The position numbers and the translations under genes were made by a program. A stretch of DNA of 64,000 bases from assembly GCF_036588685.1 (NCBI RefSeq), contig NC_086380.1, positions 55,118,001 to 55,182,000 on the forward strand. The letters are read 5' to 3'. The notes beneath the pieces are model-generated. The model made no database searches, had not been told where the DNA came from, and saw only the letters and a program-made list of their open reading frames with translations. The DNA is from Mytilus trossulus (Eukaryota). Of this stretch, positions 15,360 to 27,545 are shown piece after piece; position 1 is the stretch's first letter; each line of letters opens with the position of its first letter.

Positions 15360-15401
15360 CGCCAGACTTACGTTTCGGCTATGTAAGACTCTCTAGTGAC
15401 T
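15360..15401 (-). ncRNA. Degenerate hammerhead motif
   Basis: Reads AGUCA-CUAGAGA-GUCU..AGCC-GAAACGUAAGUC-UGGCG, with the same flanking repeat sequence as the other copies. Confidence 0.5.
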
Positions 15402-17847
15402 CTCAGATCATAATAGTTATAAAGCCAAACAAAGTTGAACAGCATTGAGACCCAAAATAATAAAACGTTCTGCAAAGACGGTTAAGGTTGTGTAAATAGT
15501 CAGAGATTTTATTCTTATAAAAAAGGGGTCTAAATCTGCCATCATAATCTTCATTCAGGATCCACTAATACAGTGGTAATCGTTGGTTAAAGTCTGGGTT
15601 TTTATGGTACAACATGGCTTATTTTTTATATGGAGTGACAGTGTCCACAATGTTTTGATTTAGCTTTAGTATGGCCCTGTTCATTTCCCCTCCTTTTAGC
15701 AGACCAAGTGTTTTTAATTTGAAGCTGATCCATCACCTAAGATCGTTTCCATAGGAGCACTCCATTTAACAAAGGACAGTATGACCAACGCATACAAAAG
15801 TCTTTTCATATCACTATCAAATTAAAAAAAACAAGGCATGGATGATTTCTGAGGAGTTGCCAAATTGTTTTCACATTGTATCCGGTTCGTCATCTAAGGT
15901 GGCTGCCAGCAGCGAGAGGAGGTTTGACATATGCCCTAGGGTGTAAAACACACAATTTTTCCTTCAAACGAACTATTGAAACGAATGAAACCAAACATAA
16001 CAGAAAAGTGTCTACTTATATGCTGACCAAGATGTATTACCTTGTAACTGGACCATAATCCTAGATGACTATTAGGAGGGGACATAATTTAACATACGAC
16101 CATATGATAAATGCATACAACTGCTACTTATAGAAATACTTGGAGTAATTATTTATCATTAGGTGTCGATAAAGCGTTGCTTCTTTGTTGTCGATGTAAG
16201 ATGGACAACAGGAGGACAGGCGTTTAATATCTAACACTATAGGGAAATATGTTTAAACTAATGTCTTCTTCATAAAAAAAAAAAATTTAATCGATTTCAA
16301 CCAATCATCATATGTATGTTCTGTAGGAGGTGATAACCAAGAATTTTTTACTTTGTTACTGATTTATCTTCCAAGAAAGCCAGTTACGAAACTGAGTTAT
16401 GGTAATTACAAAAAAGGTTTGAATATATGGACCACAAAAGAAGACAATTATATTCTTTAAAACTACTGTACACAGATTAGTACACAGAATGAAATAATAG
16501 TACAAACATATAGTATACAAAATGCAATTCATAAGATTGAAATGATAAATTATTATATAAAATAATTTACTAAAACCAAATGGACAAATGCTAATTAGGA
16601 AGACCTGATAGTGAATGTATAACCTTTTAAAATTTACAGTTATTCTTTTAAATAAGTCTATGCGTATTACTGATAGGAGTGAAGTCGAACATTGCATGAA
16701 AGTTTCTCATGAAATGCGTTCCAATTTGTGTTTCTGCTTTGTTATAGTTTTTTTAGTATAAAAGGCCGCCCAAATGGTGGGCTTGGTGCAATCAAAGGAC
16801 ATATTCACAATGCTTACACTAATCAAAGTGTCTTCTAAAGAACAGATGAATGTATGTAAAAACAACAAGGCAAATTGTAGAAGGCCGTTATTTAACATGA
16901 AATGTGTCTTTAAATCAATTGTGAATTAAAAGATGACTGTCTCATTGGCATTCTTACCAAATCGTCTTTTTTATTGTTTCTAATAAGGTGAAGACAATTG
17001 TTTGTTACTTTGTTCTTTATCTGACGTCTAAGTAGGCTTCAGCAAGGAGGTGGTTTAACATTCAATACCATGTAAATTCTTAAAAATTCCTAAATGTAAA
17101 CAAGTAATGCTTTGAATGCACTTAATGAGATACTGACAAAGGTCAACATTTGTACTTTGTTGCTGTACTGTCTTTCAAGATCATTTCATATTATACCTTA
17201 TAGAGAATACTACTCAATTTACAAAATTAAATATATGTTTAAAGTAGAATTAGGGGAGTTATACAACCTCTTGAAAGCCTATTTTGAAAGTTCTATTTTA
17301 AATTTTAAGATTGGTTTAGTTTGAAATAGGTGGGTATATTGATTAGGAGTATGACAATACCTACTTTCCCTCCGATTAACTGATCGTTTGTTGGATTTGA
17401 AAACAACACTCAAAATCGATACACTTCAAGATAATTTTTTAATAAATACTAAGAAGGTGCAATTACCAGTTATAAATTTAAATATACCGAATTGCGATAG
17501 GATAAGTGGAATACATAATTGAAACTTTAAATTAAAGATTTTTGCACTATGTCAAAAACACAAACCGAAATAAAAAGAACAGTCAAATAAAAACGTTTTG
17601 TTTGAATTCATACCTTCTGTAAATATTAAGTTGTAAATAATTGATAAATAATGGCAATACTGTAAACATGGTAAACATTTAATTTGTCTTATGACCTAAT
17701 CTTAAAACCATTAATTACCAAAAAAATCATTATTCATTTTTTTTGTCATGGAAATTGGTATGCATCAACAATAAAATGTGTATTAAAAATAAGTAAGAAT
17801 ATGAGTAGATTATATTTTGGAATAAGAACTGCTCGAGATAAAAAAAA

Positions 17848-17908
17848 ATGAAAGTGTTTTCTGTTTACAGCATGTTACTTGTCTTGTATATTCATAGTCG
17901 TGATAGTG
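17848..17908 (+). CDS. Paralog 1 exon 1 (signal peptide)
   Basis: Reads MKVFSVYSMLLVLYIHSRDS then G|gtaagt. Hydrophobic core; phase 1 matches the acceptor at 20473. Confidence 0.75.
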
Positions 17909-19281
17909 GTAAGTTTTCTTTTATATCAGATGAATTAATCCCAAAGGATGAATCTACATGTGATTTATTAAATAAATCAAGATGAAAACATTGATCAATT
18001 TGACGACAAATTAATATTTGGCGTAAAATATGAACTATTTTCATTAAGTTTTTTGTTAGTGGGATTGTGAAGTTTGTGTTTATATTTTATGCCTTTTTAT
18101 ATGTTTGATGCAAACAACATTATTGTTATACTTCAAAGTTTGGATATTTATATTGTTTGGTAAACAAATTTGTTCATTGCAGATTGTCAAGATTCCAACA
18201 AAACAAATCCTCTGAGAAAAATGTTCATTTGTCGTTTGTAATAGGTTTATGTTAAAACAGAAAGTTATGATTTTGCAAATAAAAAGATTTTTCTTTATAA
18301 TGTGTATATAATTTAAAACTATTTCAAATTAGTAATTACAAAACAAATAACTATGTCATTAGAAAATCTTTTGATACTATAACTGTTCTCCTTGTGAATT
18401 TTACATTATAGCTGTTTTTTTAAAAGTTTGTATTAGAGATTACAAATATCATAAAGGAGTGGATTTCGAATGAGGATTTATCGTGCGTCATTTTTTGCGA
18501 ATCTGTTTTGTATTGTCCTGAATTTATGACTACTAATGTATAAACTCAGTAAAGATCCATCAAATCAACATCTAATACAAAACTTTAATAAGACATGCAA
18601 ATAATTGCATTTGAAATGGCTCTCACTGATGACGAATTCGGTATTCACATTAAAGAGATGTATACTGCTAAATCAACTTTAAATAAACCTGATTTTAAGA
18701 ATGATTACTGGTAAGAGATTATTTGTTTTGTATATTTTCCAATTGTTAATTGTCAATTTTTAGATGATGACGTTTCTTTGTTACAATCATTTAGTTTGAT
18801 TGTTCGATTAGGTTGTGTATTTGAAATATTTATCATTGTTTATGATTTGAACAACTTAATTTCTGTATTACTTAAACATTATAAAACATCATGGTTTTTC
18901 AATACCACAAAAGTGTAACATAAGATACCAAAGAAACAGTCAAACTTAATTACTTGGTCTTAATGTTTACATCTTTTTAAAATTTAAAATTTTGTTGGCA
19001 AAGCACAATATGTCGGCATATTACCTGCAACTCATCACACTTGCTTATTCTTTTTTGGTTTGCTTTTCAATTTTCATGAGGTTTTAATTGAAAAGTAACT
19101 TCACAAAAGTACTGAACGATGAAATTTTAAAAGGAAATATTCTAGATCAAATGACAAAATCAAATGCTTAAACACACCAAGCGAACAAAAAACTATTGCA
19201 ATACAAATAAATGGGAGAAACATTAGGACAGAAACACACACAAATGATTGCTAACAAAAGTTTCAAGATTTAATTTGATTA

Positions 19282-19323
19282 CGCAAGAAATGCGTTTCGT
19301 CCATACACGACTAACCAGTGACG
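19282..19323 (-). ncRNA. Degenerate hammerhead motif
   Basis: Reads CGUCA-CUGGUUA-GUCG..GGAC-GAAACGCAUUUC-UUGCG. Confidence 0.55.
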
Positions 19324-19574
19324 CTCAGATCTAAAAAGTTTGAAAGTCAAAACAAGTACAACGTCAAAGGGGACTAATAATTCCAAAAAGGTTGTAACAA
19401 ATACGGCTATGTTCCTGCCTTGGATTAAAAACATCATTATTCTTTAGAATAATAGATATTATTTTAGAAACATTTCAATGTGCTCTGGTCCCTTTTCCGT
19501 ATCTTTCATACTACCTTTTTTTTTAATTACAAAACGTTAGTACATTCAATTGGAACAATATCAAAGCGTATGAA

Positions 19575-20190
19575 TAATAAAGGCAACAGTAGTATACCGC
19601 TGTTCAAATCTCATAAATCCATGGACAAAAACAAAATCGGGGTTACAAACTAAAACCGAAGGAAACGCATTAAATATAAGAGGAGAACAACGACACAACA
19701 CCGAAACGCAACACACACAGAAATGGACCAGGCAACAGACAAAACATCACGAGAATAACACATATAGCATCAAAACCAAATACATGATTTTGGGATAGAC
19801 TAGTACCGTGCCACGTCTTATCTCAATACCTCAAAAATAAGAGAAAATACAAACGACTCAACGTTAAAATGCAACACACACAGAAACGAACAATATTATA
19901 ACAATGGCCATCTTCCTGACTTGGTACAGGACACTTTTAAAGGGGAATAAAAGTGGTGGGTTGAACCTGGTTTTATGGCATCCCAAACCTCGCACTTTAA
20001 TGGCAAAGTTAAATATAACATTGAAATGAGAACATAATATTACAGGACTACAATACAAATAAAAAGGAGAACATATTAGACAAAGAAAAGCATGATTAAT
20101 AGATAATAAAAAGCATCAGGTTTAAAATTCAATACGCCAAAAACGCGTCTTGTCCACACAAGACTCACCAGTGACGCCCAGATATGAAGT
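19575..20190. mobile_element. Dispersed repeat family D, ending in a hammerhead motif (other copies at 55705-56078, 12290-12640 rc)
   Basis: aaataaaggcaacagtagtataccgctgttcaaa... is near-identical at 19575 and 55705. Confidence 0.8.
20135..20176 (-). ncRNA. Degenerate hammerhead motif
   Basis: Reads CGUCA-CUGGUGA-GUCU..GGAC-AAGACGCGUUUU-UGGCG. Confidence 0.55.
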
Positions 20191-20473
20191 ATCGAAAGTG
20201 AAAAAGGACACATTTTAATTTCATTCTTTGTAGGCACTAGTATATAATACAGTACAAAGATTTCGTCAACATATTTTATATTAAAATAAATATATCATTT
20301 ATAGTTCCTAAATTATAATTGAATATTTTTTAGTGTTTATCAATAGCATAAGCTAAACGAAAATCAGTATATTTAGATAACTCATTCGTCGAATTTGCTC
20401 GAGCAAAATGAACACTAGAACACATTCTTTAAAGAATATCAAAAAAAGAAAATAACTATTTTTGTAATTCCAG

Positions 20474-20965
20474 TATATTGTACACATGAAGTATTAATAC
20501 AAACATTCAACAGTGGGAATATCGATGCTTATTCAACACCAGATGTTTTTGATTACTATACAAACCTGTCGGAATACTACTTGTTCCCGTCCCGAAACCA
20601 GTTGATGAGGTTTAGAGTGGCTTGTAATGATGCATTTATCCTCTTATCATCTGCAGTCAACCTACAGTCTCAAGACTTTTATGAAATTTGTATTGGTGGA
20701 TCAAACAACAAAGTGACAAATATCCGTCGTAAATACAACACTGGGAACGTTCACCAGATTAATACAATTGATATTTTAAACTGTACTGAACAAAGAACAC
20801 TGATCGTGAGATGGATGCTCAATGGAGAAATAACCCTTCTTAAAGAAACCACTGGCGGAATGGAAATAGTAATGAAATGGACAGATCCCAACCCAATACC
20901 CATACATGGTGTCGGAATCATGACTGGATGGGGAGCAGATGGACTTTGGACTTTAGAACATTCAT
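20474..20965 (+). CDS. Paralog 1 exon 2: farnesoic acid O-methyltransferase-like (Methyltransf_FA) domain
   Basis: Acceptor ttccag| and donor T|gtaag. Contains the Methyltransf_FA hallmarks ACNDAFILLS, FYEICIGG..N...IRR, ILNC.E and WTDPNPIPIHGVGIMTGWGADGLW. Confidence 0.9.
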
Positions 20966-21220
20966 GTAAGCTGATCCATTCAAAATAAGATTGCATTATT
21001 GATTCATAATGTATATAACAAAAATTGAAGAAAAAAAATATTCAAAGTGGAACATCAAAAATCAGTTTAATTTCGAATTCAAATGCTCTCACACTTCAAG
21101 CAAATGATTAAAAATGATTATAGTGAAGATCTATAAAACAAGAAATACAATGTAGTTGAATTTGTTTGACCAAAGAAATATTTGATGAGTTATCAAATGT
21201 ACTAGGTTATTAAGCTGATA

Positions 21221-21262
21221 CGCAAGACGCGCGTTTTGTGTGTATAACACTCCTCAGTGACG
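21221..21262 (-). ncRNA. Minimal type I hammerhead ribozyme motif (near intact) in a ~360-bp Penelope/retrozyme-like repeat (~21188..21550)
   Basis: Minus strand reads CGUCA-CUGAGGA-GUGU(UAUAC)ACAC-AAA-ACGC GCGU-C-UUGCG, with a palindromic stem III and one core change GAA>AAA. Confidence 0.7.
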
Positions 21263-21637
21263 CTCAGATTAAAATTGTAACAAAAAACAAGTACAAAATT
21301 GTGCTAAATAGGACTAAAATAATATATTTCCTTTCAATAACTGTGTAATTGCAGACGGAATATAGGAAAACTCAAGATTTCTCCCAATATATGCCAACAA
21401 TTTAAAAGTTGTGCTTCATAGGGCTCAAATGATATATGCCTGAGATACAAAACAATCCTAAGTATTTGGAATAATTCATAATTTAGCAAATAGAAAATAT
21501 AAAAGTAACCATAAAATTAATATATATGTCAACACCGAAGTACTGACTACACAATGTAAACCTAAACAAAAAAAGTATATGTGTAGTCATATTTTATCAA
21601 TGTCATTACTTTAAAGGTGTTCTGTTTTTTATTTCAG

Positions 21638-21867
21638 CTTTCCTTATTGGACGTTATTGTGGTATTCCTACAACATACGGTAAAATGGTGTTACTTTCTA
21701 CTTCAATTAGTCTCAGTCGAATGAATTGTTTGTTCGAATGTTCACTGAACCGTGATTGTCTTGGAATCAACTTTAATAAGAAAACGAATGAATGCGAGTT
21801 TGTGTCTGTTGGACAGATTATTCATAAGTTCAATCGTCAGAATTGGTCATTCTTTACAGAGTGTTAA
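21638..21867 (+). CDS. Paralog 1 exon 3: PAN/Apple domain
   Basis: Acceptor tttcag|. Reads RYCG...CLFECSLNRDCLGINFNKKTNECE...WSFFTEC*: C-x3-C-x5-C...C core plus flanking Cys. Confidence 0.88.
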
Positions 21868-24800
21868 AACAGGTCTGTCCTGAATCAATGTTATAATTTA
21901 TAAATATCGGTAAATATTGATTGAACTATTTCATATTATAAAGCAAAGACATTGTCTTGTAAATAGAGGCCATAAAACAATGTAAACCATGATGACCCTA
22001 TATGTTTAGCATTATACTCCCTGTTGCTTGTTTAATTCATAAGATATATATCTAGAATACAGAAAAATCGTTTAAATTATATAACTTACAGGTCATAGGT
22101 CTAATGTCAAATATATATGTTTTTCAAAGTTAATAACTGTTTTATGACATGAAAGTTGGTGGTTTCTAATGGGGACTTATTGTGCGTTTTTTTTACGAAC
22201 GGGGTTTTGTATTGTTCTGATTTACACTTGTTGACTAAACTTTTTGTTCTCCGGTAAGAGACATCAATATGAGAAAATGAACCTATGAAGAAAATGTGGG
22301 TCAAACTACAGAAAAGCAACATTATGTTTTTAAGAAAAAACAGATTGTTTTTGATAATGCAATACACATATAATTTCAGGAAAAGTATAATAGGGTTTTA
22401 AAAATACACTGACTAAGAGTGTTTCGATTTACACAAAACAAAAAATATAAGCTGGATGCCATTGATGAATATGTAGATCAAATATGTAGATCGAGTATGC
22501 AGAACAGTTTTTATTTACACAGAAATTGACAAATATATATCCACTTTTGTGAACCTTTTTGCCCTAACACATGTGAATATAGGAATATATTATTTAACAA
22601 AGCTTTAGTTAAGCCTTCAGTGTGATTCAAATGTCTTGTTATAATTATCATAGATGGGGATATTAATTGAATTGATTATGAATGATAGAAGAATTAAAAG
22701 ATCAACAAAAATAAGTAAAAAAAGCGAAACTCTTTGTTTGAAAAGGAAAACCTTTCTGGTATCTGGAGAACAATATACTAAAATTGTATGCAAAATACAT
22801 GGAATAAAAATGAAAAGGTAGCTAGTAACATGATTATTTTCTAAATAGTCTAGATGTGAGACCAAGAATATTCAACACTGATGAAACTAATGCTATATTT
22901 CAATATTCACATTACTTAATGATTATATTAAAAATTCATCATTGTCAATGAAACTAAAGAAAATAATATTTCAAATTTAAGAACAGTATTCTTAACGAGA
23001 AATCATAAAAACTATAAATAAATACTTAGATAGACAGGATAAAGAAAAAAGGAAATAGAAATAGCAAAGCAATTGTGTCATGTGTGTGGGATCTGTTTAA
23101 AATAGAAGTTAGGTAGAAAAATATAGAACATTGTAAGTAATAAGGTAAACGTAAAAGAGACGGAAACCTGACAATAGAGGAATGTATAAAAACCTAATAA
23201 AACAACGGGTATTGATGGTCTCTCAATTGCAAGGTATATATCTGTTTGGTTCAACCTAAAAAACGTTGCTGCAGATGTTTTTAATCGTTACTTTGAGAAC
23301 ATAAAATCATAAAGATATAGATACTAGAATTAATTACCCTCATAACGAGGAAAAAAACCAACCCATTACATTGAGATAATGAAAGACCAAATAATTTACA
23401 AAATGAAGATATATAAAAACAGATATAATATTGGATTTATTATAGGCAAATCCAATGTATTATACTTACCCTTTCTGAGCACCTGAGATGACCCCTAGTT
23501 TTGGGTGGGGTTCGTGTTGTTTATTCTTTAGTTTTCGATGTTGTGTCAAATGTACTATTGTTTTTCTGTTTGTCTTTTTCATTTTTAGCCATGGCGTTGT
23601 CAGTTTGTTTTAGATTTACGAGTTTGACTGTCCCTTTGGTATCTTTGGTCCCTCTTTTATAGATTATTCGGAAATATTCATGAAGATGGAGCAATATAAT
23701 TTATAAAGTTTGCCTTGCTATAATGTAGATTTATGTATTGTTCTTTAAATTTGGATTGAATAAATATCCAGAGGCAATTAATATCATTATTTTAAAAATC
23801 TCATTGATAGCGAATATTCGTCATTTAACTGGAAAGTATTACCATAATTTACATAATACCGGCCTTATATCACTTTCTTAAAAATCATAAAACTCCGCTT
23901 TTCAATTAATGTAATGTCGTCGAAGAGTATGATAATTAAAAAAAAATGCAAAAACAAAAATCGAAAAAATTATCAACTCCAAGGAAAATTTAAAATGAGG
24001 AGTCCTTAATCAAATGGCAAAATAGAAATATGAAACATATCAAACGAATGGACAACAACCGTCAGATACCTGACTTGGTACAGGCATTTTTAAATGTAGT
24101 AAATCGAGGATTAAACTTGGTTTGATAGCGCTGACGCTCTCCAATATTGACAAAAATGAATGAACACAATAAACAGATACAATATGTGAAAAATCGCCTA
24201 TAGGGGTATTGCAGTAACACGAACCCAACCAAAAAGTGCAGGTGATCTCAAGTGAAAGGCTAAGCAGATTCATTTTGACATGTTTAACCCTTCGCATTGC
24301 TCATGCTAAAACAAAGCCTGTAAATAGTCTAACTCAGTAGGTCACATTCTTGAAAAGGGAACGTGATTGTAGAAACGCTTACGGAGCATATCCGATTTTC
24401 GTGATGGTGTCAGGAAAAGTTATAAAGTGATGATTTCTACTTTAATATTTTTTTTTTAATAAAAAAAACCTATTACTTGATTAACTTAAATAAGACATCA
24501 TATAATACCCCTAACATCATTGTATTTAGTACAAATATGTCACTGATTAACAAATACCATCAATCCAGTTACACATATATGTATATATAGTACTAGTACT
24601 TAATACGGCAGAGTTAAACATGTTAGCGGATATATTTTTTCTCATTTTTTGTACTTAAATTGAGTCGTAGCTGTTCTCGTTAAAAATGTTTTGCATTGCC
24701 ATTTTAGGTCATCTAATATGTGGTATGATATCAAAAAGAAGATATGGTATCATTGCCAATAAGACAACTATCCACACAAGATCAATGAGTTTTGCTCATT

Positions 24801-25774
24801 GATGCTGAACGATGTTTGGCGACATATAATTGTTAATTTATGTGTCATTTTGGTCTCCTGTATAGAGTTGTCTCATTTGCAATCGTATTAAATCTATTTT
24901 TTTGTATTAACTCAGCAGATAGATACAAATAGAAATACTATACAGAGTGGAAGGGACCAGGTACTTTTATTAGGGACTCTGTGGGATTTTTATAGGAGTA
25001 TTTCGTAATTAATATCAATGTATTATTTGAATGTACCATATGGCAGAAGAAATTTAACGTACATAGTTTCAGAAAATCATTTGACCTTTGACCCCTAGCA
25101 CGTGTCGGAATTTGATGACAATACAATTTTTTTCTGCCAAAGTTTCTTCATCCCGATTATCCTTAATGCCAACTGAATATACATGTACAAAAAGTGTAAA
25201 CATGTTGATAACTTAGATACATTGTCTTTAAAAGTATTTTTTCTGTTTACTAAAGCTTATGTTGTCGTTATCAGCTTTTTCAAATGATTAAAAAAGGAAA
25301 TAAACAGAGATAATAGTATTTAGATTGTAAAACTGGAAAAAATAGATTTGACTAAAACTGAACATATTTAGCAGGACAATTTTTATTTTATTACTTAAAG
25401 TTTGTTGTTGATTGTAACTGATTTGGTGGAAATGACAAAACAAATAAGCATTTAAAACTGGAGAACATAAAAGAGAAAAGGGGGAGGGAAAAAAAGGGGG
25501 GGGGGGGGGGGGGGGGTCGGACCACTTTTTTTAACTTCCGATTTCGGAAACGAAGTATAATATAATGTAATTAATTCTGGATTTATGTGTATATACGTCC
25601 AGTAAATCAGGGTTTTCATTCATCGGGTATTCGTATTGTTATAAAAGTAACTCTCCCAAAGCTTCTGACGTTAATCCCCAAAAATGTGTTTGATTTTGGC
25701 GTTACACAATCTTGTTTCAAAGCACTCCACAAAGTTATATACAGAATAATGTCAGTTACTGTTCGCCATGCATG

Positions 25775-26130
25775 CAGGGGCGGATCCAGTAATTTTAAAA
25801 AGATGGGTTCCTAAACTAGGACAAGGGAGGGCGTGAGGATTCCAACTATATATATATAGATATAGGAAGATGTGGTGTGAGTGCCAATGAGACAACTCTC
25901 CATCCAAATAACAATTTAAAAATTAAACCATTATAGGTTAAAAGTACGGCCTTCAACACGGAGTTTTGGCTCACACCGAACAACAAGCTATAAAGGGCCC
26001 CAAAATTACTAGTGTAAAACCATTCAAACGGGAAAACCAACGGTCTATATGTCCCAATTTAAATGCATTGATCGTCCAAAAAAGGAGGGGGGTTCCAACC
26101 CCCAGAATCCTCCGCTTGGATCCGTCACTG
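25775..26130. mobile_element. hAT-like MITE with a nested family A fragment (25857..26047)
   Basis: Termini CAGGGGCGGATCCAG / TTGGATCCGTCACTG. The insert sits in a TA run. Confidence 0.65.
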
Positions 26131-27373
26131 CGGTGATCAACGATAACACAGAGCTAAAAAGACTTTATATAAAAAAAAAATATAAATCATCCTATATCTA
26201 TTGACATTGTATCCTGGCTGCAGACTAGTTCAACAAAAGTTGCAGAGTTACGAAGAGTAATAACGTGTACAATGCACTATCAAGTAACCGACGAACATTT
26301 TTTACCTTTTTTTTTAGCTCAAACTGGAAAACTTATTTAAGATACAGGGAATCTTTACAACAGACACTCAGACTGGTTGCTTTGAACAGTGCACATTCAT
26401 CAATCAATGTAGTTTCCAAAAAATATAAAAACATGTAATTTTATCGGGATTTTGAGATGAGATATTGTCAAATAAGGCCCTGGAAATCGAGATGGACAAA
26501 AGTAAACTCGGAATTTAGGAATTGTACCCCTCTGAACCCCAACCCATCATAATGGAGCAGGTCTTATAGCAGTGCAAAAGGAAAAATTTTAATATAAATG
26601 CAATTTTGAATGGTTTTATATTAGTCATATTTTAGGGCCTTTTAAAGAAGAAGGGCGAAAAATACCAGAGGAACAGTCAAAGATAAACAGACAAACAATC
26701 GTACACATGACACAACATAAAAAACTAAAGAATAAGCAACACGAACACCATCAAAAACTTGGGGTCTCAGGTGCTCCGGAAAAGTAAGAATATCCTGCTC
26801 CACGTGTGGCACTCATCGTGTTGCTCATGCTATAACAAATCCAGCGAATAGTACAATTCTGTAGGTCACATTCATTAAAGCGATTGAAGCTTACTGTTCA
26901 GTGTCAGTCTACTTCAGCTCCGTGTTAAAGACAGTACTAAGATCTATAATGGTTTTTCTTTTTTGCAAATTGTGACTTGGATGGAAGGTTGTCTCATTGG
27001 CACTCATACAACATCTTCTTATATTATCCATAGATCGTGAATGCCATGTTAGCCAAGAAAAGATTAAATCATAATAAAAGATCAAGAATAGAATGCTTTA
27101 TTTTGGGTTTTTTTACGTTGGCTTTATGTAACAAGTACAAAGACAAGACAGACTAATTTTTCAAAATGTTCTTAATTAAGTCTGAATAAAAAAAATCCTT
27201 CATCAAACACCATCAAACAGCTAGTTCCATCTTATTGCTCAGCAGTTGTTTCACAGCCTGAAAGTATAAAATAGTAGAAATAAAAACCATTTGTTCTATA
27301 CCTATATAAACTCTTTTTCATTTTATAATATGAAAACAAAGAAAGGAGAATCTTCCTTGTAAAGAATAGGAGA

Positions 27374-27545
27374 TCGGTTGATGAATGCCCAGTGGCAAGT
27401 ATTTCATTATAGTCAGGAGGATCAAAGATATAGATTTGTTAACTAATGTCCAGTCACAAATATTTCATTATATTCAGGATGATCAAAGATATAGATTGGT
27501 TGATTAATGTCAAGTGGCAAATATTTCATTATATTCAGGAGGATT
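27374..27545. repeat. ~58-bp tandem repeat x3
   Basis: Unit gattggttgattaatgtc(c/a)agtggcaaatatttcattatattcagga, repeated with variation. Confidence 0.85.

Larger units (their letters stand above)
17848..21867 (+). other. Gene span, paralog 1: secreted Methyltransf_FA (FAMeT-like) + PAN/Apple protein, join(17848..17908,20474..20965,21638..21867), 260 aa
   Basis: Exons spliced by hand using GT..AG boundaries, both introns phase 1. The joined 783 nt is one open frame from ATG to TAA. Confidence 0.85.

Noticed and set aside
20751-20996. Minus-strand ORFs at 20751, 40960, 42102, 47816, 30447 and 30451
   Set aside because: They are antisense shadows of real plus-strand coding sequence.
25479-25516. 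Poly-G run as a functional G-quadruplex
   Set aside because: Simple homopolymer with no supporting context; its length is unreliable in assemblies.
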